DNA of 63,489 nucleotides, filler included, from Folioceros fuciformis (Eukaryota): the NCBI GenBank assembly GCA_049999805.1. It is 6 parts of 5 records of this genome, joined end to end, with 100 filler letters (N's around TTAATTAATTAA, not from the genome) between each part and the next. Parts side by side here need not be neighbours in the genome. Positions count along the whole stretch, not along the records: positions 57,311 to 63,489 come from JBNGIO010004606.1; 5 more parts are not named here. The stretch is one strand, 5' to 3'. The notes under the pieces are model-generated. The model ran no database searches and was not told the origin of the DNA. It worked only from the letters and a program-made list of their open reading frames with translations. The position numbers and the translations under genes were made by a program. The number at the start of each line of letters is the position of its first letter. Position 1 is the first letter of the stretch. Shown here piece after piece: positions 60,207 through 63,489 of the stretch.

Positions 60207-62105
60207 TGTTGTAGAGGAAAGGTTAAAAGATTCGGTTACATTAGAGTTAGATCAGAGTTAAGGTTAGGATTAGGTCGGACTTAGGTTTAGGGTTTTGACG
60301 AGTGGACGGTTCTGTCTAAGGTGTGCTGACTTGGTTAGGCAGTGACAGGGGTTCCGGGCCAAGGGAGTATAAGAGGCCAGGCCTGTTATTGAGCGGGGAG
60401 GTTTTTTTTGGTGAGAGCTCCCTTGACCTTGTGTGTAGGCTGCTGGGTTAGAGGGTTAATCCAGTGTGCAGATGCACCTCAGCCTTGATTCCCCATGCCA
60501 CTAGGGGAATGTAGCGGCTCCCAAAATTGCTGAGATCTGCGTGGCCGTATCCGCAAGGGCTAACCTTTCTTGCATGCTGGTTGGGGTACCTTGACGTCCC
60601 TAAGGGGTTTCCAAGGCGACGGATTGCAGGGCTGTGAGCCAAGGAGGCTATGCAGCTTGGGTCTGCACNNNNNNNNNNNNNNNNNNNNNNNNNNNNNNNN
60701 NNNNNNNNNNNNNNNNNNNNNNNNNNNNNNNNNNNNNNNNNNNNNNNNNNNNNNNNNNNNNNNNNNNNAGTGTGGAGTTGGTGTGTTGAGGTGAGGAGCT
60801 TAGGTGCTAAAGTTCTCAATCAGCTGCTGAGGTGGCTAGTATTTAGGGCTAAGAGTGGAGGCTAAGGCTAGGGCTGGGACCTCCTCTCAATTGCTCAGGC
60901 GGCTGATACTTGGAGCTATAAGTGGGAGCTGAAGATGATGCTGGAGTTCTCATTCAGCTGGAGCTGTGGTTGGTGTTGAAGACAGGGCTAAGGATTCTGA
61001 CTTTTTTTGCTGTAGTGAAGCTAGGGCTAGGAGCCGGCTGATAGATAGGGTTAGATTAGGGCAGTATGGGAAGATTGTAGAAACCTTGACACTAGTTCAC
61101 TCCCTTGGGAGCGAATCATAGTGCTGCAACGATAATAAGGGAAAGTGTGGCCCTTTGGTGGTTCCTGGGTGCAAGAAACCACTCCACACATTTTGGCACC
61201 ATTGCCAGGGAGTGAAATTGCTGTTAGAGAGGATTGACCTAGATAGGGGACTGTACAAAGGAATGTGGCAGGGTTGATGGTGGCCCCACATAGGAGCTAA
61301 AGATTTCAACTCTAGCTTTGAAGGGGGAGCTCAAGCTCAAGCAAGGAGGCAGCAGCAAGTATTGGAGCGTGAGCAAAGAGCAGTGGAGAGGGAGCTGAGG
61401 CAGGCACAATCAGGGCATACACTAGCGAGGAGGAGGAGAGGGGCAAGCAACTAGCAGATCTTGGGGGAATCAATCACGTTGGAACAAGACCCTCAACTTT
61501 CAGCTATTGGGGGGAAGCCTAATTCAGGGCAACCTAATCTAAGTTTGCTCCTTGGTCTTCATCCTGGACTGGTGCAGGTGATTAGGAGTGTAGGGGCTGA
61601 AGGATTCAGCAACATCAGCCCAACTCCAGTTGCTGGAGCTGCTAGATCCGCAACTGCAGTGGTGAGTGCAAGCACCATAGCGGCCCCAGCTGTTGCAATG
61701 TCCACCAAGCAGCTGTACCCCTTGTATGGGGAGAAGAAGGGGAATGAGGACCCGAATGAATTTGTGGAGAGGTTTGAGCAGCTGACCCTTGCTAACCAGG
61801 AATCAGCGGATGCACAGCACATCCAATTGTTCTATGGTGTACTGCGTGGAGGGCCTGCCAAGTGGTATAGGAGGGAGTACCTCAAGGCCGGCACATTTCC
61901 AGCAACTTTTGATGTGTTGAAGAGGGCCTTTTGTGAGCGGTTCAGGGGGATAGACGTAGAGGGCTACGTGCTGTCCAAGCTAGAGGCCTTGAGGAGGAGG
62001 AGGAAGGAGACCTTGCAGGCCTATGTGGAGAGGTTCCACAACCTACGGGATCGCTGTGGACCTCATTCAGACTTACAAGCCATTAGGTGGTTCATTGGTG
62101 GCAGG
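60207..62105 (+). mobile_element. Ty3/Gypsy 5' LTR (~60207-61190), PBS and truncated gag
   Basis: LTR ends ...CACACA, followed by TTT and the PBS; gag EDPNEFVERFEQ...LRGGPAKWY...FDVLKRAFCERF...ETLQAYVERF...WFIGG. LTR start is approximate. Confidence 0.85.
61194..61211 (+). promoter_or_regulatory. Primer-binding site TGGCACCATTGCCAGGGA (Athila/Tat-like)
   Basis: Starts with TGG 3 nt after the LTR-terminal CA; resembles the TGGCGCCGTTGCCGGGGA consensus with G>A changes. Confidence 0.7.
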
Positions 62106-62690
62106 TTCAAATGGCATCGAAGAAGTTGCAAGGCAGTAAGTGAGATTGGATTTGGGATGCCCGTCTGGCTTGGACTTATAGTGCCTCCAGTCATGCACCT
62201 TGTAGAGATCAATTTTTCCAGCAGTAGATCGTGGTGTGGTTTCCCTAGGAGGCATCACTAATTTTGTACGTTTCTTCCTTTGTTTCAAGCTAGCTAGAGT
62301 ATCAAACATCCCAACAGAAAAATCATCAGACTGAACACCAAGATCTCCAAATATCAACACCGGCTGCTGCTCCTCGCTTGTGGTAGGTCATGCAGGAGTC
62401 GGATTGCCAGGCATTTGAGGAATGGTTGTTGAAGTTGACTATACAGTAACTTGTGGGGCAGCTGGAGGTGGAGGTGCGGATCCAACAGGGGCTGTATAGA
62501 CGTTCTCCTCCTCAACTTCATCAGCATCCTCATCGGAACTACTCAGTGCTCCCACTGAATGGGGTCCTTCAACTCCCTCAACAAAGATAACAACACGAGA
62601 ATGGGTAATGCGCCGTGTGTTTCGGTCAATGACTGTGTATCCTTTGATACCGTCGGTACAGCTGTGGAGGCAAAACCCCGGGCACTGATT
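62105..62690 (-). mobile_element. Copia post-integrase (SH3-like) and linker fragment
   Basis: DGIKGYTVIDRNTRRITHSRVVIFVE resembles the KGYR.YD...R....SRDV.F.E motif; the linker ends at ...MPFEP where RT normally begins. Confidence 0.7.
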
Positions 62691-63280
62691 GCCGACGGGT
62701 TCCACCTTTAGTGGCCACACTTATCCCACTATCGTTGAGACATTGGGTTTCGTTCCCACGAAGGAGCGATGGGGTTCCTTGCTGCTGTGGATGGAGGGTC
62801 GGACTTGATCAACTCGATGATGGATTCGAGGGCTCCCCTCCAGCTCCGATCGGGCGTAGGACAGGCCTCGCTGTCCGGCGGTCAGCTGCACCTATCTCGG
62901 TGCCCACAAACTCACTCCAGTCACTACAACGACTCTAACCTCTCAGATCTGCAAAAAAAAAAAAAAAAAAAACTCACTCTCTCACTCCAGCACCAACACC
63001 GGCAACTACCAGCAACCAGCAACGACACCACTGCCTTCTACACTTCCCTACTGACTCCTCCTACCCGGCAAGAGTCACTAGACTAACCCCAAACAAAAGG
63101 AAGAAGGGAACACACTCCCCTCTTGGATATCTCCCCCCTACAACCTTACCAGACGCCATGAGACATGGCCGGCCTACAACACTTGAACAAGTAAGGAACA
63201 AGAGTGGACAGGTCGAGAGAAAGACACACCCCTTTACAATCAAGAGCTAGGGGCAAGCCCCTTCACCCTGGTCATCACAC

Positions 63281-63444
63281 CTTGTGATCCTACTAGACAC
63301 TATACAACCGGCAACACGCTGCCCGCGATCCTACCAGACACTGTACGGCCGGCAACACGCTGCCTGCGATCCTACCAGACACTGTACAGGCGGCAACACA
63401 CGGCTTGCGACCCTACCAGACGTTGCACAGCCGGCAACACACTG
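63281..63444. repeat. 41-bp tandem repeat x4 (GCGATCCTACCAGACACTGTAC..CCGGCAACACGCTGCCT)
   Basis: The GATCCTA core occurs at 63286, 63327, 63368 and 63409. Confidence 0.9.
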
Positions 63445-63489
63445 CAGGTCCTAAACCAAGCAGGGACAGACCACAAGAGCTCATGAAGA

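Overview
Eukaryotic nuclear DNA from a compact-genome, seed-free land plant. Evidence: ~100-bp GT-AG introns, high gene density, TTTAGGG repeats and a flagellar DRC9/IQCG-like gene; hornwort-like by inference. The window is not one locus. Five artificial N44-TTAATTAATTAA-N44 linkers join six scaffolds (1-9090, 9191-19474, 19575-39117, 39218-50105, 50206-57210, 57311-63489). Scaffold 1 has two tandem paralogues of an uncharacterised 'WDDS..EA...PRP...IDW' family; one carries about 12 GW/WG-rich decapeptide repeats (candidate Argonaute hook). Scaffold 2 has three tandem NPF/PTR transporters. Scaffold 3 has a LINE remnant with a telomere-repeat hairpin, a QALGGH zinc finger-EAR repressor, a plastid-targeted cyanobacterial-like protein, PP7, DRC9 and a partial SKU5-like oxidase. 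Scaffold 4 has TIM22, a tail-anchored coiled-coil protein, an FCP1/NIF-like protein with a long YxPxHKR repeat tail (preceded by a young Mutator-like hairpin MITE and a decayed copy of itself) and a receptor-like pseudokinase. Scaffolds 5-6 are nested Copia/Gypsy retroelement debris. Family assignments come from recognising motifs, not from database searches.
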